A stretch of 64,000 nucleotides of DNA from an uncultured delta proteobacterium (GCA_963794325.1 CAWCDG010000004.1:384001-448000), one strand, 5' to 3'; positions 1 to 8,876 are shown, counted from the first letter of the stretch. The notes: generated by a model from the sequence alone, not told the origin. A program made the numbers and translations.

Positions 1-631
1 GGAAGTCGCCGTGGACGCATCCGATGCGCGCGCCCGCCGGCAGGCTCGAGCGCAGTCGCTCGCGAAGTTCGGGTGCGCGTGCGACGACGGCGGGATCAAG
101 CGTCGGGCGATCGAGCAGATAGTCGAGGCGCTTCAGCTCCTCGCTGAGCGCGAAGGGCTCGCCCCATGCGTCGCGGCGCGGTTCCCACGGCATGTTGTGC
201 AGCGCGGCCATCGTGGCGATTCCCTTGCGCGCCAACTGTTTCAAGTGCGCGAGAGGCAGCGGCGATTCTCCGAGCTTGAATCCCTCGACGAAGCCGCCGA
301 CGAAGTACGGACGGTCGAAGAACTCGGGCTCGTCGCCGTACCAGATGATCGGCGGGACGGCGACCGGAGTGTCCGCCAACGACGCCATCACGCGCGCCTG
401 CCGCATGATGTCGGCGGGGCCTGAGATTTTCACGCCGGGCGGCGCGATGCGCACGACATATTTTCCCGCAGGCGTCGCAGTCGGCTCGCTGCGATCGAGG
501 AAAAAGCTGTAGCTGAAGCCGGCGTGGCCCGGCAGCGACTCGAGCGAATGCGCACGAGCGCCGGGGTCGCCGGTCTTCGCGCGCACCAGTGCGGTCAGTT
601 GCGCGGTTACCTGTTCGATATCACCGGGCAT
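1..631 (-). CDS. Phosphotransferase (APH/ACAD10-like kinase) family protein, 3' end runs off the window
   Basis: Manual translation from ATG 631: MPGDIEQVTAQL...GHAGFSYSF...YVVRIAPPG...DIMRQARVMASLADTPVAVPPIIWYGDEPEFFDRPYFVGGFVEG. Not in the ORF track because it has no stop inside the window. Confidence 0.75.
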   Translation of the reverse strand, partial: MPGDIEQVTAQLTALVRAKTGDPGARAHSLESLPGHAGFSYSFFLDRSEPTATPAGKYVVRIAPPGVKISGPADIMRQARVMASLADTPVAVPPIIWYGDEPEFFDRPYFVGGFVEGFKLGESPLPLAHLKQLARKGIATMAALHNMPWEPRRDAWGEPFALSEELKRLDYLLDRPTLDPAVVARAPELRERLRSSLPAGARIGCVHGDF

Positions 632-648
632 CGCGACGCCGTCTCGCG

Positions 649-1299
649 CTAACCCTTCATTCCGACTTGCGCCGACGCCGGATGCAGGCTCGCCTTAGCG
701 CTGGGGCGCGAATCGACGCGCTTGAACCACGCGTTCACGTTCTTCAGCGACGGATCGATCGACTGTTTGACGCTCGCGCCGAAATCGAGCGCGCAATATA
801 GAATGATGTCGGCGACGGTGAAGCGATCGCCCGCGATGTAATCCTTGCCTTCGAGCAGCTTATCGAGCCACTTGAGCTTGTCCTGCACGATCGACTTCAT
901 CCCCGGCGCCGCCTCGGGCAGGATGCGCATCCGATCCTTGAAGAGCTGCGCGCCCTCGGAGTAGCGGAAGGCATTGTAGAGAATCTCGGTGATCTGCAGC
1001 TCGACGCGGCGCTGCCATTGGCGGGTCTCGGCGCGTTCCTCGGCGGTCGTGCCGATCAGCGCGGGCGTCGGATGTTTCTCTTCGAGATACTCCCAAATCG
1101 CGACGGTCTCGCCGATACATTTGCCGTTGTCGAGCTCGAGCGCCGGAATTTGCCCGCCAGGATTGCGATCGGTGTAAGGGGCCTTGCGATTTTCCGCTCC
1201 CAACAGATCGACCGTCTTGGTCGGGATGCTAATTCCCTTCTCCAGAAGGAACATTCGCGTCGCCCGCGGATTGGGTCCGAGTGAATCGTAGAGCTGCAT
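649..1299 (-). CDS. Glutathione S-transferase family protein
   Basis: N-terminal GST motifs (GPNPR, NPGGQIPALELDNG, ETVAIWEYLEE) and C-terminal GDRFTVADI. Confidence 0.93.
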   Translation of the reverse strand: MQLYDSLGPNPRATRMFLLEKGISIPTKTVDLLGAENRKAPYTDRNPGGQIPALELDNGKCIGETVAIWEYLEEKHPTPALIGTTAEERAETRQWQRRVELQITEILYNAFRYSEGAQLFKDRMRILPEAAPGMKSIVQDKLKWLDKLLEGKDYIAGDRFTVADIILYCALDFGASVKQSIDPSLKNVNAWFKRVDSRPSAKASLHPASAQVGMKG

Positions 1300-1417
1300 A
1301 GTGGTAACCTCGCAAAGTTAGACTTCGCGGCGAATATACAACAGGCGCCGCGCAGGCGGGAACCTGAAATCCGGGGCGTGTTGCGCTGGAACGAAGCGGT
1401 CATGTAGGAATTTGCTG

Positions 1418-2812
1418 ATGCGATTTTGTCCTCAATGCGGCGCGCCGCTTCTGGCTGGAGCGAAATTCTGCGTGGAATGCGGCCGCGCGCTCGATGCCCC
1501 GGCTTCGGGCGCGGGAGAATCGGGCAGCGCCAGGCGCAGCGTCGCCCCCGGACGCAATACGATTACGACGGGCTTCGTGTTTGTGTTCGTCGCGTTGGCG
1601 GTCTTCGGTCTGGCGGCGGCGGGATGGATTTATGTGAAGACGCCGGAAGTAGTGCGCGAACAAATCGCCAGTGCACCGCCGGCCGCCCCGGTCGGCGCTC
1701 CCGAATCGAGTCCTGGAGCCGCGCCGCCTGCACCGGATCAGAGTGTCACCGCAAATCCCGCCGCGGGAGGAACTCAGAACGGTGGTCTGCCGCCCGGGCA
1801 TCCAACGGTCGAGCTGCCGACGGAGGCTCGCAGCTTTATCGACAAGATCGAACGTGACGCGAACGCTAAGCCTAAGGATGTCGTGGCGTGGAACAAATAC
1901 GGTACGGTGGCGATGCGCGCGGCGATGTTCGATCAGACTTATTACGGCAAGGCCGAGGACGCTTACGGGCACGTGCTGAAGTTGGACCCGGATAACCTCG
2001 ATGCGCTGCGCGGTATCGGCGATATCGATTACGACAAGCAGCAATATGATCAAGCGACCGCCGCCTACGAACACTACCTGAAGAAGAAACCGGACGATCC
2101 GGAGGTCCGCACCGACCTCGGCACGATGTACCTGTACACGGGCAACGCCGACCAGGCGGTCGTGCAGTATAAAAAGGCGATCGCCGAGAAGCCGGGATTT
2201 TTCCAGGCGTACTACAATATGGGAGTCGCGCTGGCGCAGCAGAACAAGCCCGACGACGCAGCGGCCTCGCTCAAGCAGGCGCTCGCGCTCGCGCCCGACG
2301 ACAATGCGCGCACCCAGGTGAAAGAGCTGATCGCGAAACTTAGCGGCGCACCGGCCGCCAGCGCGTCGATGCAGGCGGCGTCGGGCGCGCCCCCGAAAGT
2401 GTCGAAGGGTTCTGCCCAGCCGGCCGTATCCACGGCCGCAAAGAATACTGCGGCGGCCTCGCCCGCAGCGTCGGCCGCGGTGGCAGCTAAAGAGCCGGCG
2501 TCGGCGTCATCGACGGCCGTATCGACCTCGAGCGAAGACGATTTTCATGACGCGGTCGAAACGATGATGCGAGGCCTGCCGATCGCGGGGCCGAAGGTCA
2601 CGACCGTCGAGTGGCCCGACAAGCTCAAGGCCAAAGTCTTTATGGACAGCTTCCCGATGGATCAAATGCCGCCGTTCGCGAAGGCCAAGTTCCTGACCGA
2701 CCTGAAAGCGGGAATCGACAACGCAAAGAAGGACAACAACATTTCATCGCCAGTCGAAGTCAATATCGTTGATGGCGCGAGCGGCCACGTGATGGAAACC
2801 GTTACCGAGTAG
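1418..2812 (+). CDS. Zinc-ribbon + TM + TPR-repeat membrane protein
   Basis: FCPQCG..FCVECG double zinc ribbon, one TM helix, several TPR units, Ala/Ser linker. Confidence 0.85.
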   Translation: MRFCPQCGAPLLAGAKFCVECGRALDAPASGAGESGSARRSVAPGRNTITTGFVFVFVALAVFGLAAAGWIYVKTPEVVREQIASAPPAAPVGAPESSPGAAPPAPDQSVTANPAAGGTQNGGLPPGHPTVELPTEARSFIDKIERDANAKPKDVVAWNKYGTVAMRAAMFDQTYYGKAEDAYGHVLKLDPDNLDALRGIGDIDYDKQQYDQATAAYEHYLKKKPDDPEVRTDLGTMYLYTGNADQAVVQYKKAIAEKPGFFQAYYNMGVALAQQNKPDDAAASLKQALALAPDDNARTQVKELIAKLSGAPAASASMQAASGAPPKVSKGSAQPAVSTAAKNTAAASPAASAAVAAKEPASASSTAVSTSSEDDFHDAVETMMRGLPIAGPKVTTVEWPDKLKAKVFMDSFPMDQMPPFAKAKFLTDLKAGIDNAKKDNNISSPVEVNIVDGASGHVMETVTE

Positions 2813-2844
2813 CCGACTCGCGAATAGCTATCGCGTCGAGGTGC

Positions 2845-3252
2845 ATGACGATGGCATCCAAATCCTTCGAACGGCTGCGCAAGGCCGGCGACCGGCAGAC
2901 GCTCAAGCTGACGCACTATGGACGCAAGAGCGGCCGCCCCTATGACGTGACTATCTGGTACCTGGTCGACAACGAGAGCGACCGGCTGTACCTGGTCTCG
3001 GCGAATGCGAATCGCAACTGGGTGCGCAACGTGAAAGCGCGACCGGCAATCTCTCTGCGAGTCGGGGAGCAGGTCTTCAACGGTGACGTGCGCGCAATCA
3101 CCGACAAACAGGAACGCGACAAGGTGAGCCGGCTGACCGAGCGCAAATACTGGTACGTCGCACCGATGCTGCGGTTCGGACAATTTTTAATGTCGATGGG
3201 AATGGTGCGCGACAACACCGCGGCGTTCGAAGTGATCCTCGCGGAGGAGTAG
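2845..3252 (+). CDS. Deazaflavin(F420)-dependent nitroreductase-like (DDN/split-barrel) protein
   Basis: LTHYGRKSGRPY..IW and NWVRNVKARP motifs typical of the DDN family. Confidence 0.75.
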   Translation: MTMASKSFERLRKAGDRQTLKLTHYGRKSGRPYDVTIWYLVDNESDRLYLVSANANRNWVRNVKARPAISLRVGEQVFNGDVRAITDKQERDKVSRLTERKYWYVAPMLRFGQFLMSMGMVRDNTAAFEVILAEE

Positions 3253-3723
3253 CTACACCGGCTCGCCGGCTTCGGCGACGCGCTTGAGGCTCTCGACCCA
3301 GTTCTGATGCCCGCGCTCGAGCATCGGACGCAAATACCACCAGGCGATTTTCGGTACGAGTCCGTTCTGACATTCTTCGGTAACTACCCGGCATCCACCA
3401 CGCCCGTCGGGTTCGATCAACCATCCGTGGTAGGCGCGCAACACGCCACGCGCGTCCCATCCAAGTTCGTGCGCCGGTTCGAAAGTAATCACGCGGCTGG
3501 TGACGGCGGTGCGAAAGGTCTTCCACTTGAATTCAGTGTCAGGCGCAAGGTCAGGTGGATTGCCGCGAAGAAAAGTTACGTTGGCGCTGTTGCTGTACCA
3601 CTCAGGCCACTTAGCCGCGCGAATAAGCCATCGCCAGACGCGCTCAGGCGGCGCGTCGATCGCAATCTCATTGCGCGCGTACACAGATGAGTTGTCAGGT
3701 TCGAATCCCGCCGGCCATTTCAT
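3253..3723 (-). CDS. SRPBCC (polyketide cyclase/START-like) domain protein
   Basis: NEIAIDAPPERVWRWL..WPEWY motif. The start may extend to 3783. Confidence 0.8.
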   Translation of the reverse strand: MKWPAGFEPDNSSVYARNEIAIDAPPERVWRWLIRAAKWPEWYSNSANVTFLRGNPPDLAPDTEFKWKTFRTAVTSRVITFEPAHELGWDARGVLRAYHGWLIEPDGRGGCRVVTEECQNGLVPKIAWWYLRPMLERGHQNWVESLKRVAEAGEPV

Positions 3724-3802
3724 CGCGATGGTCGATCCTTCCCGGGTTGTGCGCTCGCCTGCAATGGATATCGCGTCTATCAACTGTCAAGCAATCGCGA
3801 TC

Positions 3803-3965
3803 AAAAAAGAAAGGCACGCGCTGCTTAACCGTGAGGGCATCTGGCCGCGCGTGCCTTCGGCTCTCTCGGGGGAGAAAGGAGCCGACCATCTCTGTTTAGT
3901 AACTCTGCGCGATTAACGCTACTCGCGGCACGTTACGCGAGGAACGCTTCTGAACGTTCGTTCCG
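3803..3965 (-). ncRNA. Candidate structured sRNA or leader ending in an intrinsic terminator
   Basis: Consecutive hairpins, including TCGGCTC..TCTC-CCCC-GAGA-GAGCCGA and AAGGCACGCG...CGCGTGCCTT followed by TCTTTTTT on the minus strand. Confidence 0.4.
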
Positions 3966-4018
3966 TTAACCGCAATTGAGGCGCGTTGCAGGCGAAATGA
4001 ATCTTGAACCTCGCCGGA

Positions 4019-4552
4019 CTACGCCAGCGCCTCAAGGAGCGCGCCCGGTGATGCGTTGTCGCCGAAGGTCGCGCTCACATGAGCGTAGAGATCGACGTTG
4101 CCGGGACCGAAAACGAAACTGCCGCCGAGCTGAAAGGGATTCGCGCCCAAGCGATGCTGTCGATGGCCGGCGGCCGTGGCGCGCGTCCTGGCTTTCGCAT
4201 TGTCACTGCGAAGCAGGTGCAGAAGATTCGCCGCTTTGAGGCCGGCCGCACGATACGCGAGCCGCTGCGCATCTACCAGGAGCGGAAATGTGATTCCAGT
4301 CTCCTCGCGAAAGAGGCGAGCGTAACGAAGATCGCCAAGACCGATTGCGGCAAGATTGACGCCCTTGGCGCGGAATTCATTTTCATGGTCGCGCAACTGC
4401 GCAACATGCTCGCGGCAGAAGATTCAACCGTAGTGGCGGAGGAAGACGATAGCGGCGGGGCTGCGTTCCCATAAAGAGCCGAGCCGGACTTCGCGATCAT
4501 CTGTATCGGGCAGGGTAATTCCGGAGAGCGCAAGACTGAGCGAGTCGGACAT
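4019..4552 (-). CDS. Selenoprotein: AhpC/TSA (peroxiredoxin-like, SelL-related) redox protein with UxxC motif; Sec at codon 43 (TGA 4424-4426)
   Basis: ATG 4552 reads MSDSLSLALSGITLPDTDDREVRLGSLWERSPAAIVFLRHYG-TGA-IFCREHVAQLRDHENEF and continues in frame into the 4019..4396 ORF. The TGA sits at the first Cys of the CxxC. A SECIS-like hairpin follows. Confidence 0.85.
4384..4408 (-). promoter_or_regulatory. Putative bacterial SECIS element
   Basis: CAUGUUGCGC-AGUU-GCGCGAC-CAUG hairpin. The apical loop starts 25 nt after the UGA and has G at loop position 2. Confidence 0.65.
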
Positions 4553-4611
4553 CGTCGGAACCTAACACGATCAGGCGAGAATCGGCAAAAGAAGCGTCCG
4601 CGGCGTTTTGT

Positions 4612-4640
4612 TTATCCACAGATCGGCGGGTTTTTCCACA
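4612..4640 (+). promoter_or_regulatory. Two DnaA-box-like direct repeats
   Basis: TTATCCACA (4612-4620) and TTTTCCACA (4632-4640), both matching TTWTNCACA, 20 bp apart. Confidence 0.45.
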
Positions 4641-4895
4641 ATGAGGGTCTCGCGGAACTTCACGCTCGAAGATCGCCGCACTATTATCGCCGCTCAAATG
4701 ACGAAGCGGGAAGCGAAACGACGTCTTGAAAACCTCGCGCTCGAAACCGGGCACAAGAGGAATTACTACGTCAAGCGGGCGCTGGTCGAATTTCTGGATC
4801 GCAACGAACATCTCTTCGGCCAGCGGCCGACGCGATCGGTGGGATTCTCGACGCTCGACGAGATCCCATACCGCGCGAACCGATTCTTGCTCTGA
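4641..4895 (+). CDS. Small ribbon-helix-helix-like DNA-binding protein
   Basis: KRRLENLALETGHKRNYYVKRALVEFL resembles RelB/CopG-type RHH helices. Start uncertain (4641 or 4698). Confidence 0.55.
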   Translation: MRVSRNFTLEDRRTIIAAQMTKREAKRRLENLALETGHKRNYYVKRALVEFLDRNEHLFGQRPTRSVGFSTLDEIPYRANRFLL

Positions 4896-4898
4896 TTG

Positions 4899-5532
4899 CT
4901 CTCTCGTAGCGATCTTTCTGGATCCCTCGCCCGTTACTTCACGGGAGAGGTTAGGTGAGGGTCCCGGGCGCCATCGTGATGCTCGACAAATCGCGTTGCG
5001 CTGAGCATCCGACTGATCTCTTGAGCAAGGCGGGTGACAATCAGTTCCGCAAGTGAGACTATTTGTCAATGCCGGACCTCACACCGCCGCGAGTGATCGC
5101 GAAGCAACCGCTGGCTCGCTCCCGCGCACTCCGTCGCAATTCCACTGACGCCGAGAAACGCCTGTGGGCGATCCTCCGAAACCGAAATCTCGACCGCTGG
5201 AAATTCCGTCGGCAGGTGGCAATCGATTCATTCATCGTCGATTTCTGCTGCATCGAAGCGCGGCTAATTGTTGAGCTCGATGGAGGACAGCACGCAGACA
5301 AACGCAAGCGTTACGACGATGCACGAACACGGGAGCTCAAAGCCCTCGGTTTCAGAGTGCTTAGATTTTGGAATGGAGAAGTGTTGCAGGAGACTGAAGG
5401 CGTCGTTGAAGAGATCAGTCGGATGCTCAGCGCAACGAGAAATGTCGAGCATCACGATGGCAACCGGAACCCTCACCTAACCTCTCCCGTGAAGTAACGG
5501 GCGAGGGACCAGAAAGAATCGCAACGAGAGAG
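4899..5532. mobile_element. DUF559 nuclease cassette bounded by 124-bp inverted repeats (4899-5022 / 5409-5532)
   Basis: Manual alignment shows about 9 differences over 124 nt. Each arm contains the family-A palindrome CCCTCACCTAACCTCTCCCGT..ACGGGCGAGGG. Confidence 0.65.
5069..5497 (+). CDS. DUF559 / Vsr-like endonuclease domain protein
   Basis: RALRRNSTDAEKRLWAILR, KFRRQVAIDSFIVDFCC, LIVELDGGQH, DDART..LGFRVLRFWN motifs. Confidence 0.92.
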   Translation: MPDLTPPRVIAKQPLARSRALRRNSTDAEKRLWAILRNRNLDRWKFRRQVAIDSFIVDFCCIEARLIVELDGGQHADKRKRYDDARTRELKALGFRVLRFWNGEVLQETEGVVEEISRMLSATRNVEHHDGNRNPHLTSPVK

Positions 5533-5533
5533 T

Positions 5534-5570
5534 AAAAAAATTCGGGGGCTGGGATTGCTCCCAGCCCCCT
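5534..5570 (-). terminator. Rho-independent terminator
   Basis: GGGGGCTGGGA-GCAA-TCCCAGCCCCC followed by GAATTTTTTT on the minus strand. Confidence 0.85.
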
Positions 5571-5940
5571 GCCGTCACCACATCCGCCGCCCCACCACAT
5601 CCTGTTAAGGGCGCGAGTCTTGTCGCGCCTTTCTAGTAAGTGGGTCCCGGAGAAATCGTCATCCCCATTTTCTCCGAGAGCTGGCTGAAACTTTTTCGCC
5701 GCGCCCTCCATACCGCACCCTCTCCGCATCGGCCTCATCGCCAGTCTCTCGAAAACCTCCCTCCACAATTCCCCGGGACCCTTGAGTCTCCTTCTTCAGT
5801 TCAGTCCCGCACGCCTCTCGAAAAGTTCCGCGTCGGGACAGTTCGCGTTTCTCCAGCGTGAGAGCAAGCGCTTCGATTCCGCTGCTTCGCTTCTTCTTTA
5901 GTCGCGAACGAAACGCTCTACGCGAAGATCAAATTGCACT
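5534..5940 (-). ncRNA. Candidate large structured ncRNA downstream of nrdJ
   Basis: No credible ORF. Strongly purine-rich minus strand with multiple nested stems and many GGA motifs, an upstream TTGACG at 5963-5968 and a terminator at the 3' end. Confidence 0.5.
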
Positions 5941-6059
5941 GCTGAGAAAGAAACGTCGAGTCCGTCAAGATAGTTGAGCATGATACACTGAGCGATCCAG
6001 TCGCCAGTCCTTCCAGTCGATAGCATGCATGCCACAAACTCGATTTCCATCGCACCCTC

Positions 6060-8876
6060 CTATGAGCACCCGCTGGTGGTGCCGCAGTTCATGCATTTGT
6101 AGCAGGCGCCGTTGCGCACCATTATGCTGCCGCAGTCCGGGCATGGCGGCGCATCCGCCTGATTGATGAACGCCTGCCGGATGCCACCGTCCTTGCCGTC
6201 GCGCAGGCTGGCCACCGGAGCCATGGCGACCATTGCGATTGGCATGTCGGATTTTGCCGACAGCGGTTTTTCGGATTCGATAATTCCGACTTCGCGCTTG
6301 GCTTCTTCGTCCAGGAACTTCGACGCCATCCAGCGGAACAGGTAGTCGACGATCGACTTGGCGTACGGAATCTGCGGATTCTTGCTGAAGCCCGACGGCT
6401 CGAAGCGCATGTGCGAGAATTTGTCCACGAGGAATTGCAGCGGAACCCCGTACTGCAGCGCGAACGAAATCGCCGTCGCGAACGAGTCCATCAGGCCAGA
6501 GATAGTCGAGCCCTGCTTGGACATCGTGACGAAAATTTCGCCCGGCGTGCCGTCCTCGTACATGCCGACCGTGATGTAACCTTCGTGGCCGGCGATATCG
6601 AATTTGTGCGTGATCGATCGGCGCTCGTCGGGCAGCTTGCGCCGCTGCATCCGCTCGTCGGTCGCCGCGATCGCCGCCGCTGCGACCGTCTCGACCGCCT
6701 TCTCGGCCTTGCTGGTGTTGAGCGGCTGCGTGCGCTTCGATCCGTCCCGATAAATCGCGACCGCTTTCAGCCCGAGCTTCCACGCGGTGACGTAAGCCTC
6801 GGCGACTTCGTCAACGGTCGCTTCCGCGGGCATGTTGATGGTCTTGGAAATCGCGCCGGAGATGAACGGCTGGACGGCACCCATCATCTTGATGTGCCCG
6901 TTGTAGTGAATCGTGCGGGCGCCGGCGCGCGGCTTGAATGCGCAATCGAAAACCGCGAGATGCGCATCGGCCAGCTGCGGTGCGCCTTCAATCGTCTCGT
7001 TCTCGTCGAGGTACTCGACGATTTCCTGCACTTCCTTCGAATCGTAGCCGAGGCGCTTGAGCGCGCGCGGCACGGTGCCATTGACAATTTTCAGCATCCC
7101 GCCGCCGACCAGCTTTTTGTACTTGATCAGCGCGATGTCGGGCTCGATGCCGGTGGTGTCGCAATCCATCATGAATGCGATGGTGCCGGTCGGCGCGATC
7201 ACGGTCGCCTGCGAATTGCGATAGCCGGCCGCGGTACCGAGTTTCAGCGCTTCGTCCCATGAGTCGCGCGCGGCGCGCAGCAGGTCGAGCGGAACGTACG
7301 ACGGATCGAGCTTGTAGGCGTACGATTTGTGGCGGTCGATAACTTTCAGCATCGGCTCGCGATTTGGCGCGTAGCCGGCGAACGGTCCCATGTGCTCGGC
7401 GATGCGCGCCGACTGCAGATAGGCCTCGCCCGTCATCAGCGCGGTGATCGCGGCGGCGTAGCTGCGGCCCTGGTCACTGTCGTAAGGCATCCCGAGCGCC
7501 ATCAGCAGCGCGCCGAGGTTCGCGAAGCCAAGCCCGAGCTCACGGAAGGCGCTGGCGTTCTTGGCGATCTCGTCGGTGGGATAGGACGAGTTGTCGACGA
7601 TGATATCCTGCGCCGTGATCATTACATCGATCGCGTGGCGGAATGCGCGCACGTCGAACTCGCCACGATCGTCGATGAACTTCATCAGGTTGAGCGACGC
7701 GAGATTGCACGCGGAGTTGTCGAGATGCATGTACTCGCTGCACGGATTCGACGCGTTGATGCGCCCGCTGGCCGGGCAGGTGTGCCACAGGTTGATAGTG
7801 GTATCGAACTGCATCCCGGGGTCGCCGCATGCGTGGGCAGCCTCGGCGATCATGTGGAGTATCCTGCGCGCGGGGCGGGTCTCGGCAACCTCGCTCGACT
7901 TGACGAAGTGGGTCTGCCATTCGGCGTCGTCGAGCACCGACTGCATGAAGCCGTCGGTCGCGCGCACACTGTTGTTCGCGTTCTGGAAAAATACCGAGCC
8001 GTAAGCGGGGCCGTCGAGCGAGGAGTCGTAACCGGCCTCGATCAGCGCCCACGCCTTGCGCTCTTCCTCTACTTTGCACTTGATGAAATCGACGATGTCA
8101 GGATGGTCGGCGTTGAGCACGACCATCTTGGCCGCGCGGCGGGTCTTGCCGCCCGACTTGATTACCCCGGCGCTCGCGTCGGCCGCCTTCATGAACGACA
8201 ACGGTCCCGAAGCGGTGCCGCCCGCCGAAAGTTTCTCGCGCGAACCGCGCAGCGCGGAGAGGTTGACGCCGGCGCCCGATCCGCCTTTGAAGATCATGCC
8301 CTCATTGCGGTACCAGCTCAGGATCGAGTCCATGCTGTCCTCGACCTTGAGGATGAAGCATGCGGAGCACTGCGGTTTGGCCTCGATGCCGACGTTGAAA
8401 TAGACCGGGCTGTTGAACGACACCTTCTGATTGAGGAGCAGGTATTTGAGCTCGTCGTGGAAAGTCTCGCGCGCGTCGGCGTCGGCAAAATAATCCTGCT
8501 TCTCGCTCCATCCCGCGATGGTGTCGACGACGCGCGAGATCAATTGGCGGACGCTGTTCTCGCGACGCGGCGTGCCGAGCGGTCCGCGAAAATATTTCGA
8601 GACGACGACGTTGGTGGCGGTTTGCGACCAGGCTCGCGGAACTTCGACATCTTTCTGCTCGAAGACAACGCGGCCGTCCTCGCCCGAGATAACGGCGCTG
8701 CGGAGATCCCACTCGACTTGCGAATACGGATCGACGCCGGCGGTCGTGAAGAACCGCTCGAGTACGATGCCGCGACCGGGCGCCGCAGAATTGACCGCGC
8801 CGCCATTGAGGGCTGGTGCGCGGTCGGTTGTTTTTGCCTTGGAATCCATCTCGAAATCTATCGCTCCCCCACCCAT
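6060..8876 (-). CDS. nrdJ: Vitamin B12-dependent class II ribonucleotide reductase
   Basis: FNSPV, QCSACFI, GGKTRRAAKM, ASNPCSEY, IAPTGTI, DTTGIEP, SKTIN motifs, a TSCPD domain and a C-terminal Zn ribbon. GGAGG SD 8 nt before ATG 8876. Confidence 0.97.
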   Translation of the reverse strand: MGGGAIDFEMDSKAKTTDRAPALNGGAVNSAAPGRGIVLERFFTTAGVDPYSQVEWDLRSAVISGEDGRVVFEQKDVEVPRAWSQTATNVVVSKYFRGPLGTPRRENSVRQLISRVVDTIAGWSEKQDYFADADARETFHDELKYLLLNQKVSFNSPVYFNVGIEAKPQCSACFILKVEDSMDSILSWYRNEGMIFKGGSGAGVNLSALRGSREKLSAGGTASGPLSFMKAADASAGVIKSGGKTRRAAKMVVLNADHPDIVDFIKCKVEEERKAWALIEAGYDSSLDGPAYGSVFFQNANNSVRATDGFMQSVLDDAEWQTHFVKSSEVAETRPARRILHMIAEAAHACGDPGMQFDTTINLWHTCPASGRINASNPCSEYMHLDNSACNLASLNLMKFIDDRGEFDVRAFRHAIDVMITAQDIIVDNSSYPTDEIAKNASAFRELGLGFANLGALLMALGMPYDSDQGRSYAAAITALMTGEAYLQSARIAEHMGPFAGYAPNREPMLKVIDRHKSYAYKLDPSYVPLDLLRAARDSWDEALKLGTAAGYRNSQATVIAPTGTIAFMMDCDTTGIEPDIALIKYKKLVGGGMLKIVNGTVPRALKRLGYDSKEVQEIVEYLDENETIEGAPQLADAHLAVFDCAFKPRAGARTIHYNGHIKMMGAVQPFISGAISKTINMPAEATVDEVAEAYVTAWKLGLKAVAIYRDGSKRTQPLNTSKAEKAVETVAAAAIAATDERMQRRKLPDERRSITHKFDIAGHEGYITVGMYEDGTPGEIFVTMSKQGSTISGLMDSFATAISFALQYGVPLQFLVDKFSHMRFEPSGFSKNPQIPYAKSIVDYLFRWMASKFLDEEAKREVGIIESEKPLSAKSDMPIAMVAMAPVASLRDGKDGGIRQAFINQADAPPCPDCGSIMVRNGACYKCMNCGTTSGCS

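Noticed and set aside
5427-5768. 113-aa minus-strand ORF in the candidate ncRNA region
   Set aside because: It runs through a terminator and the inverted repeat, has no recognisable motifs and has atypical composition.
6060-8876. Intein or intron in nrdJ, or a cobalamin riboswitch upstream
   Set aside because: The protein is contiguous and of normal length, and no B12-box motif is visible in the leader.
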